A stretch of DNA of 64,000 nucleotides. Origin: Felis catus. Taxonomy: Eukaryota. The stretch lies in assembly GCF_018350175.1 (NCBI RefSeq), contig NC_058383.1:12898001-12962000 (forward strand), written 5' to 3'. A model generated the notes under the pieces. The model saw nothing but the letters and a program-made list of their open reading frames with translations. It did no database searches and was not told where the DNA came from. Shown in pieces: positions 35,776 through 48,592 of this stretch. The stretch's first letter is position 1; each line of letters begins with the position of its first letter. The translations under genes were made by a program, and so were the position numbers.

Positions 35776-38700
35776 AAATTCCCATTTTGTCCTCCAGAAC
35801 GCCCACTTCTTCCTGGATATACTTTTTTCTCCTTTGTCATGTCTTTGACATAACACAGTATGATTTTGGGGGGGGGATATGTCTTCCAATAGAACCTTTT
35901 GCAAAAACTTTATGGAGGACGTCCTGCCAAAGCAGACACTTCAGTACATAGTTTTTGGGTTCATAATGATAAACAAATGAAGAACAGGTACCTCACATCT
36001 GTCATCGTGAAAGACAGAACTGGGGTGTCAGACCCGAGGTTGAAGGGAGGTGAGCGCTGTGCTCTCCTCAGATGCTTGCAGACTTATACTGTGGAGGACG
36101 GGGTCATGCTTCCAGTCGTTCCACAGAGCAGACCTGGGACTAACAAGTGGATGTTGTGGGGGCTGAACACAAAGAAATAGGTGCAATGGGGGTGGGGGGA
36201 CCAGGGGACTGGCAGCCTTCATGAGATACTGCTTTTACCTTCTCATTATTTGTAGCCTGTGGAACTATTATTTTCCCCCAAAGAAATCTGATTTAGACTA
36301 CCAGTTAATAAGAGAAGAATTCTTGGATGTGCACAGGTGGGAGCCGGCTGAGGGGCACGCGCAGAAGCCTGTCTTGTCCCCAAAACTTGTAGGCCCCTTC
36401 ACTGGAAGCCAGGGACTCCCCAGAAATGGCTGCAGACAGCCCTGCAGTGTGGGAAGCTCTCTGCAGCGGAGGTGGCCGTGCAGTTTGTGAGTTTGTGAGT
36501 TTGTGAGCTCCATGAGGGCTGGGCCTTAGGAAGTTCACTGCTGTCAATGGCTGGTGTTGAGGTCTGGCTCACAGGGTAGGGCTGACTGCAATGGTGGTCG
36601 GATGAAAGCTGGGGAGGAGATTTGTATCTCACATCCAGTGCTGATTGAGAAGATTTCTAAGGTCCTTTCTGACCTAGAAAATCTGTGATATCTGCTTCGA
36701 AAATTCAGTCTTAGATCTCGGCATGGATGACCCGTGTCAGAAATACAGTAAAATTCTCTAGGCCCACCAATCAGGGGACCTGCTGGCTGATGATTTGACT
36801 TGGGTGTCTCCTGTGATTTTCAGTTGTTGTGGTGTGCTCCTGTTCTCAGTGAGAAATGAGAATTTGTTGTAGGATTACGGCCTAGATTATTAATTGGGAT
36901 ATTTTGTGAAGCCTCTGAAGTGTTATCACTTTATCTTTATCCTTGCCTGTTATTATGCATGAGAAGCATTTGAATTATTTTAGAGAAGATGTAAATTTGC
37001 TTGTGTTACCCAGTGTCAGCTTAAAGCTGATTAGCATTTTGCGTCACCTTTGCAGCTCATAAATCATCCACTTCCCTTCTCAGTGAGCAAGCCAGAAGTC
37101 AGCAAGGCAGCACCTGCTGTAGACCCAGCCACTTCTTGTCCTGTGATTTAGAGAACACTCCAGGCTCTCTGTGGGCCCCTTTGTGGTTTTGTCTACAGTA
37201 ACTCTTCACCTATGTAGGAAATGAATAAAGACTCTTGGTGGATTATTCCCAGAGAGGTCCTGTGGGGTATTCTGGACAGGAGAGGTCGTCAGACATACAG
37301 TCCATGAGCCTGGTTTGGCCACAGGTATGACTCATTTGGTCTATTTGGTATATAAACAGTTGTGGAGGCAGTTTCCAACATTGAAAAACCAGGAAATTTC
37401 ACACAAAAATCCAGATTTGGGATTATTCTTGGCAAATTAGAAGGTCTAGCAGCACTAGACCATGTTCCACGCTGAGCTCCCAACTGGTACTGAGAGCCGG
37501 TATGTGCTAGGGAAGGGCCGGGTTTTCTACTTTGCTGTAGAATCCTAGAATCCACACCCCACTCCCCCTTAGTTTTTCTGTGGACTGAGTCAACTTTCCT
37601 CAAGGTCCTGCTTTATAGATCTTTGAATTTGACACCCTGCTGTAACGTGTGAGGTTTTTTTTTTCCCACTTTTTTTTTTAAGCAGTGTTAACCATTTAAC
37701 TTGATTGAATAACAAAGAGGCTAACATTTATAGAGCCATTATTAAGGTACAGTATGCTATGCTGAGAGCTTATGTATATTTATGCTTTGTCCTCATAATG
37801 ATCCTTAATTTTATAGATGAGGAAATTAAGGCAAAGAGAGGTAAAAGAATCTTGCTCAAGGTCACCTGTCTCCTCCCACTGGACTGCTTGTTTCTCATAC
37901 CCACACACCTTTAAGGATCAGTGGGCATCATTTAGGAAGGTGGTGGCAGTGACACACTCCCCAAATCCCCAGCCTACCCCTGCGGGTTGGGTTGGGGGAG
38001 CGGTCCCTGCTCAAGGCACAGGCACCAGGGGATATTTGAAAGGCAGCCCCTGTATAAGGTGCCTGTGGATTTTCTTCACCCTCTTGTTTTCCTCATTCAT
38101 CCTGTTGTTCTAGGATGCTTATTTGTCATGTATAAAAGCCTTGTTACAGTGAACCCAAACAAGTCATTGACATTTAAAATTAAATTGCAACAGGTATTGT
38201 CGATAGCTAAACTGCTCATTGACAGTGCATCTCTAATTACACGGAGAGAACATCCTAACTGGGTATATTCTGCCAAATCAAATTGGAAACATTGGCTCTC
38301 TACCAGCAAATCCATTTTGACTTGCAGAAAGTTTGGAAATCCACACATCCTTCACCAATCTCACCGTACTAGGTTTATGGAAACTAATGATTTTTTGCTG
38401 AGACTCCTTGTCTCAGCAGAGGGGAATTCTGGCCTCTCCCCTGTCTGCTAAACCAGGAGGGGAAGGCCTATGGCTTTGATAGGGAGAGACCTTACAGATT
38501 TGGAATGGGGTACATTTCACTGCAGGGGAGGGGTAGCTGTTAGGTTGTGTATCTGTAGATCTAGGCAACTCTCTTAGATTCATACATACAGATCTTTCCC
38601 CTCTTCCTCCTCCTCTTCCTGCCCCTTTTCACTTCCTTCTTCCTCCTGCCCTCTCCTCTAAGCACTGGGGGAGAGGAAGGCAGGATGGGAGGGGGAGAGA

Positions 38701-40312
38701 GAGAGAGAGCTCACACGCATTTACTCTGTTAGGTGGAATTGCATGGTGCTTTGTGTGGATTAATTTATTTGATTTCCACAGTAATCCCAGGGGACAGATA
38801 TGTTACAGATAAAGAAACTGAGGCACAGAGAGAGTAAACCATTTGTTCACACTCATATGGTTAATCACCTTTTTTGGTAGCATTACACGTAGGTTGCCCT
38901 GAGGCTAGAGGTTCCATCCCTAGGTTGACATTGCTTGTGCTCTTAGGATAAACGTTTAAGCCTGTGTGTCTCTGGACCCTGGGAGTTCCTCTGGAGGCCT
39001 TGCAAATAGCATTTTGGTTGGCAGGGCAATTAAGTATGCTGGGTATACTATGCTGAGCCCAGGGAGGGAGGGAGGGAATGGAATCTAGTCTTTGCCTGTG
39101 TTATACATGGTTATTGGTTTGTGGCAGGCATGATTGACGCCAGAATCAAAATGACTTAAAGTAGCTTCCCTCGAGAAGCCCTACTCTAAAGGTTCTTTTC
39201 CTCTTTGTTGCCCTAGGTCCCTTGTGAATAGGATTTAGCTGTGATTCAGCTGCTGCTGTTCTTTTGGTAATCAGTGTGGAGGAGGGAGATGAGGGTTGCT
39301 ATTAATGGCTTCTTATTTTGCATTCTCCTAATCAGATATCCTGCAGTTATTAATGTGCATGCAAGATGCTCTCTGGTGTCCCTGAGTGGTTTTGTTAGGT
39401 GTACTGGACTGTTAAGCTTTCTAAGATGGAATGCGTTATTAGGTTCTAGCCTGGGGGTGTTGGATGGTGGAGGTTGTTACAAAGCACTAAATGAAAGGAG
39501 AAGGGTATAAAACCAGGCTTCTGATCTTGGGTTGCGGGGCGGGGTGTAATGTGAGTGGGTGGGACAGCAGCCTACCAACTTCATCCCTCTCTCCTTCTGC
39601 CCTGAAAACCTTACCTTGCTAATACCCTTCAGACATTAAAAGTAAAATAACCGAGAGCTATTTACTAGGCAGCTAAATGCAAATTCTCTCCCCCATTAGT
39701 TTTAATTAGGATGAAATCATACATTTAAATAACCACTTCTGTTACTAATAACTGAACTTCTGATTCACTCCGAACCCAGGAAAATGCTTCTTCTGGTGTG
39801 GACTGCCCACCTCTGAGTCATTCCACACCTGCATGTTGACAGAAGCAGGTTTCTGATGGGGATGCACACATGTGGGACTTGAGCATCACTGGTGTGGAGA
39901 ATCTTGGCTGTCCAGCTTCCTTACTCTACCTTGGGGACAGTAGGACAGTCCAACGAGAGAGTAAAGAGTTTGCAAGGTCAAAAAAAAGGAACAGAAAAGA
40001 AAAACCAATAACCCAAGCCTCCTAAGCCAGATTCCACCTGGTTTTTCTCTTACTATTTCTTTACTTAAAAGGGATGTATTTTTCTTTTAATCCTTTCTTT
40101 TAATCCTTTCTCCATCTCTTCCATTTAAACAAATGTCATTAACAACAATATGATGTCAACAGAGTTGAAGATAAGCATTTGTGTTGGAAGAATTGAATCT
40201 TTGAGGCTTTTGCTTTCGGATTTGTGTTGTTTCTTTAGTATTTGCTTCATGTAGTATATGTAGTCTGCTTTGGGAGAGTGTGGATGCTGTGGTGGTGTGT
40301 GGAATGGTGACT

Positions 40313-40313
<1 letters not shown>

Positions 40314-40365
<52 letters not shown>
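40314..40365. repeat. (GT)n microsatellite
   Basis: About 26 uninterrupted GT units. Confidence 0.97.
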
Positions 40366-40367
<2 letters not shown>

Positions 40368-40721
40368 GGGGAAGGCTGAACCTGCTGTTGGGAGGATTAG
40401 GAACATAAGCAGCTTGGCTTCGATCCCTCAGTGGCGTAACCAGCTAATGAACGAGAGGCCTGCTAAACTCCCAGTTGTCTTCATGGTTACGAAGACTTAA
40501 TAAAGTCTGAGACTACCTTTAATGGGCCAGTGAGGTGGGAGCAAAATCAGCAGAAGACATGTAGTTTACAGCAACCTGGAATGCGCCAGAGACATGACTA
40601 GCCTCCCTCCGCCTTTGGCCCCGGGGAGGTATGACTGGCCCTGCTTCCATCCTCCAGGAATGGGAATTATATCAGACACCAGCTAGACAAGGCCAGCTGC
40701 TTCTCGGATGTTCTGTGGACA

Positions 40722-40896
40722 TGATTGGCTGTAGCTTTTGATCAGGACACAGTTTCTAATGAAGTCTGACCAGCATCATTTAGACGGGAATGAATGACAG
40801 CTGACGTGCAGGAGTTTTCTCGATTGGCAGCATTTGGAACTAGTAACCAGAGGGGGCGGGGGAGAGAAGCCAGCTCTGACTGACAGGCGCTTATCT
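40722..40896. promoter_or_regulatory. Candidate enhancer or alternative promoter motif cluster
   Basis: TGATTGGCTG, TGAATGACAG, TGACGT, CGATTGGCAG, GGGGGCGGGG, TGACTGACAG and TTATCT within about 175 bp of non-repeat DNA. Confidence 0.4.
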
Positions 40897-41597
40897 TTAT
40901 TTAATCTACTTCTGAGGCACTGCAGTTGAAATTTGAGGCAATTGAAAGAAAGGAAGGCACAATTGTGAAACATAATTAAAGGTTCTTGACAAAAACATAC
41001 TGAAATCAAAAATGTGTTCAGTAGGGGAATGATGCATCGAGTCCAGGTTACCACAGCTCCTGTGGTGTGAGAAGGAGAGGGCTTTTGCATGGAGACCATT
41101 CATTTTTAAGCCAGAATTAAAAATAGTGATGGAGTTGGATAGTAACAGCTATAGAAAGTTCTGAATCTGGTTACCCTTTCTTTGACTTGCCAGCCTGCTG
41201 GGGACGGTTTCCTGCACAGAGGCCAAAAATGAGTACAGTGTATGGAAGTGTGGCTTCTGGTGGTGATTTCTCATCTCGTTGATCCAGAGAGGATTGAATC
41301 TTAAGACCAAGTGCTTTGAGAAACGATGACAAGCTGGAATCTCAGGCTTGATTCCTAAGGGCTCATCTATGCCTCCCTAAGAGCTAATCTTCTGCAGTGC
41401 TGGTGGTGCTTTACAAATGGGCTTGGGATCTTGGCTGACCCTGGAACCTCCATTTTCCCCTTGTTTCTTCTTATTCCACTTCACACCCTCCTCCCTCATT
41501 AAATAGCACCCCCCCCCCCGCAAGTTTTGAGGATATGCACGGTATTCTTGGGGTAGATACCCTTGAAATGAAACTGCATATACTTTCAAGTTAATCC

Positions 41598-41835
41598 TTT
41601 TTTAAAATTTTTATTTAAAAGATTTTTTTATTAAGTTTATTTCTTTATTGTCAGAGAGACAGAGACATCATGAGCAGGGGAGGGGCAGAGCGAGAGGGAG
41701 AAAGAGAATCCCAAGCAGGCTCCGTGCTGTCAGCATAGAGCCCGATGTGGGGCTCGAACTCACACACCATGAGATCATGACCTGGGCTGAAATCAAGAGT
41801 CAGATGCTTAACCGACTGAGCCCCACAGGTGCCCC
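41598..41835 (-). mobile_element. Can-SINE
   Basis: Full reverse SINE ending CAGGTGCCCC. TSD AAGTTAATCC at 41588-41597 and 41838-41847. Confidence 0.95.
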
Positions 41836-42904
41836 TGAAGTTAATCCATTTTACCGTGGACAGTGCAGGTAGCCAGCCTTGAACTCTGATTACCTCCCTC
41901 CCTGCAACCTAGTTCAGTATTTTAGTTTTGCCTTTTTGTAAACATATAGGTTAGACACTATATTATCCGTTTTTACAGATGGTATTTTAGATTTACCTTT
42001 ATGTTTATCACTTTCTTTGTTTATAATTCATTTAATTTTGTTTAGGGAATGTCTATGGGTAGTAAGTACTCTTTTTTATTTATCTTTTATTTTGCCTTTC
42101 ATTTTGAAAGATAGTGCGGCCCCGTATATGATTCTAGGTGGAAAGTTGTTTTTTCTTCTTTCCACGTTGTTAGACTGTTGTGAAGATTACTTAATTCATA
42201 TCTAAAGCCCTTAGCACTGTGTCTCACACGTTTGCTCATTAAGTGACATTGGCTGTTTTGTTCTTAGAAAAATATTGGAACGGTTGGAGACAACTTAGGT
42301 TTAGTTGGATGTCCATAGTTTCATTGCTTTTTCTGTGATTTCCTCAACACGTTGATTTCACTGAGCTTGGGGTGGGAGTAAATGTAAACAGCAGTACTAG
42401 CTTTGAAGATACCCAACTTTGATTCATCTATGGGTTCCAGCTCTTGCTTGCAGTGTGTGCCCTTTGCAGGTTATCTTACCATAAGCCTTGGTTTCTTCAC
42501 ACATAAAATGGTTATCATAATACTGTTTCTCAGGGCTGCTGTTTGGGCGAGAATACATTTAAAACTGAATAAAGCCTCACGTGGTAGGTAGTTAATTATG
42601 CTAATTACGTGTTGCCCGTGAACTACTTTTATGACTTGTGTACAGATGTTATCAACTTGTCTTTTTCTGCTCTAGTGTCTCTTTATGTGCTGTTCTTGAA
42701 AAATCATGAGAAAAGGAGTGTCTCCTGTGTAATTTACTTTGTACTCTGCTGACTGGGAAGGTTTTCTGTGAACTGGTGGTTTGGTGTGGAGGCAGCACTT
42801 TTGTACTTACTTGTGTTCGGGTGGGAAAGTAGCTCTCCAGGCTCAGTACTTTGCTACCTGTAAGACTCTCTTTCACTTATCCAAAAATCGTATTCTCTAG
42901 CGTT

Positions 42905-43080
42905 TCTGACAGCTTTGAGCAAATTACCTGACCTCTCATTGCCTTCGTTTCCTCATCTGTAATATGGAAATAATAATGCCTTCCTCAGAGGATTGTTGTG
43001 AGGATTAGATGAGTTGGGAATGATGTAAAGGTCTTAAGTGCCTGGCACGAAGAAAGTGCCAATACTTTTCTTTCATCATT
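42905..43080 (+). mobile_element. MIR
   Basis: TTGAGCAAATTACCTGACCTCTC...GTTTCCTCATCTGTAATATGGAAATAATAAT...GATTGTTGTGAGGATTAGATGAG. Confidence 0.88.
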
Positions 43081-43254
43081 GTTAACAGGCAGGGCTGCCT
43101 TCTGAGCCATGCTCTCGGCTCTTGGAATGAAAAATGTGTTGTTTGCTAATGGCTTTGTCCTTTACCTGTTAAGCCCTGTGCCTGTGTATTAAACTTCCAC
43201 ATATCACCTCTCTCATTTGTTCCTTAATAACATTGTCATGGGTTAGGGAGGACA

Positions 43255-43790
43255 TATATTTTTTTCAACTTCAATTTTACATGCAATAAAATGCATCCAT
43301 TTTAGGTATACAGCAGTTAGTTCTGTGAGCTTTGAGTTGTAATCACCACAGTAATCAAGATATAGAACATTTCTGTCACCCCCAAAATTCCCCTGTCTCT
43401 TCCCCAGTTAATCCCCTATTCTTACACCTGGCCCCGGGCAACCGCTGGTCCTGCTTCCTATCACCACAGATTAGTGCTCTCTTTTTTAGAATTTTATTTA
43501 CATGGAGTTATATATTACGTACTCTTTTACGTCTGGCTTCTTTCAGCATAATGCCGTTGAGGTTGATCCGTGTTGTTGGCGGGTGTCAGGAGTCTGGTCC
43601 TTGTTATTGCTGTGTGGTGTCCTATCATATGGATGACCTACAGCATGTTTAACCGTTCTCCTGTCAATGGGATTTTGGATTATTCCCATTTTAGGGCTAT
43701 TATGAGTAAAGCTGCTGTGAACATTTACGTACACTTCCTTGCGTAGGTATGCTTTCATCTCTCTTGAGTAACTATCTAGGACTAGAATTT
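43255..43790 (-). mobile_element. Old L1 (L1MB/MC-like) 3' end
   Basis: AATCAAGATATAGAACATTTC..CACCCCCAAAATTCCC...CTGGCTTCTTTCAGCATAATG...GCTATTATGAGTAAAGCTGCTGTGAACATT. Confidence 0.88.
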
Positions 43791-45039
43791 ATTGATGATG
43801 GGGCTTGGCGAGGTGGAGTAGACCAAGGTCACACAACCAGCAAGGCATCGTGCCTGGATTAGTATTTGATTATTCAATTCCTGACTTCTCTTCAGAATCT
43901 ATTTCATTAGGCCAGTGATTTTCACACGTTAAGAGCATTAGGACTCTTTGAAATAAAATATCCCCCCAACCTCTCCAATAAAAGAAAAATAGACTAAACC
44001 AATGTAAACAGGCTCCTCAGAAGGGTCAGAGTCCCATTTTGGCCATTGACCTGTTGAACACCGTGCTCTGCTCGCAGAACACCTTTTGCAAAGTGCTGCA
44101 CTGTCTTTCGCTACTTCTTGAGAGCAGAGGCCTTAAACATCTCTGCTTCTTAGTCCCATACCTTGGTGGTTGTAGAACAGATCATTGAGCAGTTCGCCCT
44201 TACATTTCAGAGTTCCCAAGAGGAAGCAAGCCTTATTCTTTATAACAAAACAAAACAGAACACCACACCCACACACATTTACAGTGCATGGTTCAGGCTG
44301 TACAGCTGGAGAGATCAGTAACGTTACCGTGTTGCTGTTGCTGTCAGTCACTGGGGGTTATGTATCTCCTTGCTCCACAGGGCTCTTCAGGGAATGTAGG
44401 GCCAGATAGGCACATTCAGTCTCTTGGGCTATTTACCTTGGTCACCTGGTTTTATTTACAGATGGAGTGGATGCTCCATTGCCCTATTCTGGAGCAGTGA
44501 ATCTTATCTTATGTTATCAGAGTCCAGGTTATGAAATTTGAAATGCACTTTGCCTCCCTTACACTGTTACAACTGCATCAGAGCATTTTAATCAACTTGC
44601 TTTCATTGAAGTGTACAATTTTTCTTCTCATTACATCTGCAAGCTCTCAAGTTTACAGACACCATCTCCTTGGCTAGACTAATATTACTTGGTCATTCTT
44701 GCATGCAAATTTAAAATTTAATATCTTGAGGCAGGTCTGTTGAGTTTTATGCAAATTCCAATATAGATTATATTTTTTGAGCTGTAAATTAGAAATTACA
44801 TTCGGGGGGAAGTAATATTTGTGTGGGCTCAGAAAAGAGTAATCTTGCAGTTTCCATGGTACATGGCATTTCTTCCAGAGACATGGGATTTTAAGTATTC
44901 TGTGTCGGTTTGGAAGTTGTGTTGCCCAATTGTGTTACTGGTAATAAAAAGACAAAAACAATGCCAGTTAATGCATCAACATTTTTTTAAATAGCATTTG
45001 GCTAATTTGGATAACCATTTGGGATTAAGTGAAGTCTTC

Positions 45040-45565
45040 CGTTTATTCATTCACTTAGCATATGGTTATGGATACTTCATAGGTACCTGTCTCTCTTGCC
45101 TTTTATGATGGCAACAAACAAAATAGTCTTTGCCCTCATGAAACTTACCTTCTACTTGGGAGAAAGAAGCTACAAGCAGGTAAACAAGTGAATATTTGAT
45201 ATATGTGATGGTAATACATTCTGTGGAGAAAAATAATGCAGGGTTTAGGAGTAAGTGTGTGCTGGGATGGAAGTGTGGGGTTAGGGAAAGCCTCTCCAAA
45301 GTGACATTTATGTGTCTCAAGTGGGTACCTTTTGCCATGTTTGGGGAACAGCCAGGATGCCAGTGTGGTTGGAGCAGAGTGGGAGGTCGAAGTGGACAGA
45401 CAGAGATGGGAGGAGAGTCCAGGGAGAGGTTAGCAGCAGGGCGGGGGAATTGTCATGGATCATATTGAGCCTTGTAGGTACTGTAAGGACTTTGGCTTTT
45501 GCTGAATGAGAGGTAGAGCCATACTGGGCGAGTGTTAAGTAGACTCTGACTACGGTGTTGAGAAT
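45040..45565 (-). mobile_element. L2 fragment
   Basis: TTCATTCACTTAGCA...GTCTTTGCCCTCATGAAACTTAC...GGGAAAGCCTCTC...CCAGTGTGGTTGGAGCAGAGTG...GTAAGGACTTTGGCTTT. Confidence 0.82.
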
Positions 45566-45777
45566 GGAGTTTATGGGGGCAAACACGCATTTTCAGATGA
45601 TGGAGGTGGGACGCCCATTTCAGCCATTGTAAGTCTGCACCTTAGTAACTGAATGCAGATGGCTGGTGGCCAAAGAGAAACTAGAGCTGGGTAGCAGAGC
45701 GTGGCATTGTTAGCAGTTTTGTGTTTGAGCATCGTCTGGATTCTTTGCCTCTGCCAGAAACCTAAGCATGTGTATCG

Positions 45778-45980
45778 TTGGGGCCCAACAATCTGTGTTT
45801 TAACAAGACCTCCAGGTGACTGTGATGCACTTGTTAAAACACAGAATGCCTGGCCCACCCCCAGAGCTTCTGATTTAGGAGGTTAGGGACAGTGCCCAGG
45901 AATTTGCATGTTTCTATTTTCCTGTTCCGAGTTGACACCAGTGCTGCTAGTCCAAGGACCACACTTTGAGAACCATGGCT
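45778..45980. mobile_element. Rearranged (fold-back) MER5A
   Basis: Forward MER5A piece GGGCCCAACAATCTGTGTTTTAACAAG..TCCAGGTGA..GATGCAC joined to a reverse piece TTGTTAAAACACAGA...GGACCACACTTTGAGAACCA. Confidence 0.85.
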
Positions 45981-46417
45981 TTAGTGAATGGGAGCTGATA
46001 TTGTTATCTGCAAAGTTAGCTTTCTGTACTTCTGCCTAACAAAATAGTGGGTACAACAGACTGCCTGGGTTTGAATCCCACCTGTGCCATTGTGTTGTGA
46101 CCTCAGATGGGGTATTTCAGAAAAGTACCTTGCACATAGTAAGTTCTCAGTAATGGCTGGCTATTATAATATGGCGCAGAAGTATAAAAGGATGTGATGG
46201 AAACAAAACATGAATAATTTGCTGAATGTAAGCTCTGGACTGTGCGCATTATGAACATGATCTTGTGGTTTTTTTGTTTTTGTTTTTTTTTTTCAGGATG
46301 ATTTCAAGGTATTATCAGTTCTATTTTATATGGGAGCAAGTTGCTCACTCAGAATTTACCACCTTGCAGTACTGGATTGGCTCTTACACAGATTCAGGTT
46401 CAAAGCTAAGACTGCCA

Positions 46418-46421
<4 letters not shown>

Positions 46422-46484
<63 letters not shown>

Positions 46485-46530
46485 CAAGAGAGAGAGAGAG
46501 AGAGAGAGAGAAAAAAAGAGAGAGAGAGAG
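46422..46530. repeat. Compound (GT)n(GA)n microsatellite
   Basis: Read directly from the sequence. Confidence 0.96.
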
Positions 46531-46719
46531 AATTTGGCTAATAGGTTCCCAGATCTCTGTTAGACCTCTTTTTCCATCTGTAAAATGGGGATGAAGCATG
46601 CAGACTTCACAGGGTTTCTGTACTAGGTAGAGTAGTAGATGGTTTAGCATTGTTAGTTGTTTTCTTTCCAAATTAAAAAGATTTTAAAGCCAAATCCAAT
46701 CTAGATAGAATGATTTCTT

Positions 46720-46959
46720 TTTTTTTTTTAATTTTTTTTAATTTTTTTTTCAACTTTTTTTTTTATTTATTTTTGGGACAGAGAGAGACAGAGCATGAAC
46801 GGGGGAGGGGCAGAGAGAGAGGGAGACACAGAATCGGAAACAGGCTCCAGGCTCCGAGCCATCAGCCCAGAGCCTGACGCGGGGCTTGAACTCACGGACC
46901 GCGAGATCGTGACCTGGCTGAAGTCGGACGCTCAACCGACTGCGCCACCCAGGCGCCCC
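46720..46959 (-). mobile_element. Young Can-SINE (SINEC_Fc type)
   Basis: CpG-rich full body and long T tail. Perfect TSD TAGAATGATTTCTT at 46706-46719 and 46960-46973. Confidence 0.97.
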
Positions 46960-47076
46960 TAGAATGATTTCTTAATATGAAATTTGACTTACTGAATTTT
47001 TTGTGGTCAGCCTTCTTGTTAACAGAATCTCAGCATGGGAGGAAGAGATCATGTTCCCTTTAAAAACAGTCTTTTA

Positions 47077-47292
47077 GGCGCACCTGGGTGGCTCAGTCAG
47101 TTGAGCGCCCAACTTCGGCTCAGGTCGTGATCTCGCGGTCCGTGAGTTTGAGCCCTGTGCCAGGCTCTGTGCTGACAGCTTGGAGCCTGGAGCCTGTTTT
47201 GGTTTCTGTGTCTCCCTCTCTCTCTGACCCTCCCCTGTTCATGCTCTGTCTCTCTCTGTCTCGAAAATAAATAAACGTTAAAAAAAAAAGTT
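47077..47292 (+). mobile_element. Can-SINE
   Basis: Head CACCTGGGTGGCTCAGTCAGTTGAGCG. TSD TTTAAAAACAG(T/C)CTTTTA on both sides. Confidence 0.96.
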
Positions 47293-47916
47293 TTTAAAAA
47301 CAGCCTTTTACATTGCTTATCTCAGGAAAGTCCACACACTGTTAGGATAAAGCTTTTCCTAGATAAGGCATCTGTACAGAGGAATAAAGTAGGTGGGAAA
47401 GTTAGGTATGTGGGGGACCACATCTGTAATTTTTTAAAAGGCTACTGTAACCAGGTAGTTTGCAAAAATTAAAAGTCACATGAAAGTCAGATTTAATAGT
47501 AATCATTATTAATTGTCATAAAATCTCAGTTATCCATGGATCCGATGTATGACAGGTAACTTTTGAAAGCCTGGTTATAAAATTGAAAAGGCCATTGACT
47601 GACAAATAGCTTTCACAAAATTCTTGAATTTTACTTTCGTAGTAACAGTGACTGGTGAAGCTCCCTTTGGTCCCTTCCTTCCCTAATCACGTATATACAG
47701 GTTGAAAGAGGCATTTTATATTTGGATGATGCATAGACAATTACAAGGAATGCTCAGTGACTGCAGGAGGAAGAGACACGATAGCTATTAAAATACAAGT
47801 GTGCAACTTGGGCCAAACAGGTGCCCCAGCTGTCCTGGGAGTCCCTGAGGGCAACACTGTATGTAGAGTGAGTCAGGTTCATAGAGAAAACTGTGTCATT
47901 AAAAACAACAAACTTT

Positions 47917-48105
47917 GGTCACCTGGGTGGTTCAGTTGGTTGAGCGTCCGATTTCTGTTCAGGTCATGATCTCACAGTACGTGGGTTAGAACCTTGCGTT
48001 GGGCTCATTGCTGTCAGCACAGGGCCTGCTTCGGATCCTCTGTGCCCCTCTCTCTCCACCCCTTCCTGCCCCCACTCTCTAAAAAATCAATAAAACATTA
48101 AAAAC
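47917..48105 (+). mobile_element. Can-SINE
   Basis: CACCTGGGTGGTTCAGTTGGTTGAGCGTCCG...CAGGTCATGATCTCAC...A-rich tail. Confidence 0.92.
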
Positions 48106-48592
48106 AAAACAACCCCCCACCCCAAACAAGCCTGTTCTTGGTGTCTTTTGAGGAATAGAGAGAAATGGTCAGTGTATCAGAAAGCTCTTGTGACTAGTTT
48201 CAGTAAATCAATTTGCTTATGGATAAGTTTTATTTATTGGAGAAAAAAAATCACCCTGTTCCTCAGTGATTTGATCATGTGACCAGGGAGGCTCTGGGGT
48301 GAGGTGGAAAGAGTATGGGCCTTGGTGACAAATACCTGACTAGAAGCGGGGTCACCTTAGATGTGTCCGAGCCCTAGATTCCACACTGCACTTGGGAATG
48401 CTATCTGGAGAGTTAGTTGTTTGTTGGGACTAAATGGCATGGCACATGCCGTGTTCTTAGTGCAGGGCTTACACACATGTCAGGCTGGTGCATTTCAGGC
48501 ACCTGAAGGTCAGGGAGGGCGATTCAGGCTATGTTTCCTTTCTCCCCACTTATATTCCTGTGAAGCCTCTGCTCGCCTTCCTTGGAACAGCT

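Noticed and set aside
36483..36507. (GTTTGTGA)x3 tandem repeat
   Set aside because: Simple slippage repeat with no spacers, so not CRISPR-like. The same applies to the 13-bp duplication near 40081-40110.
37987..38451. 154-aa ORF
   Set aside because: Non-ATG start, no recognisable domain and no flanking splice signals. This length is plausible by chance in 64 kb.
46265..46320. Strong-looking acceptor (poly-T)CAG|GATG
   Set aside because: No convincing donor at exon distance. T-runs ending in AG are frequent in this T-rich window.
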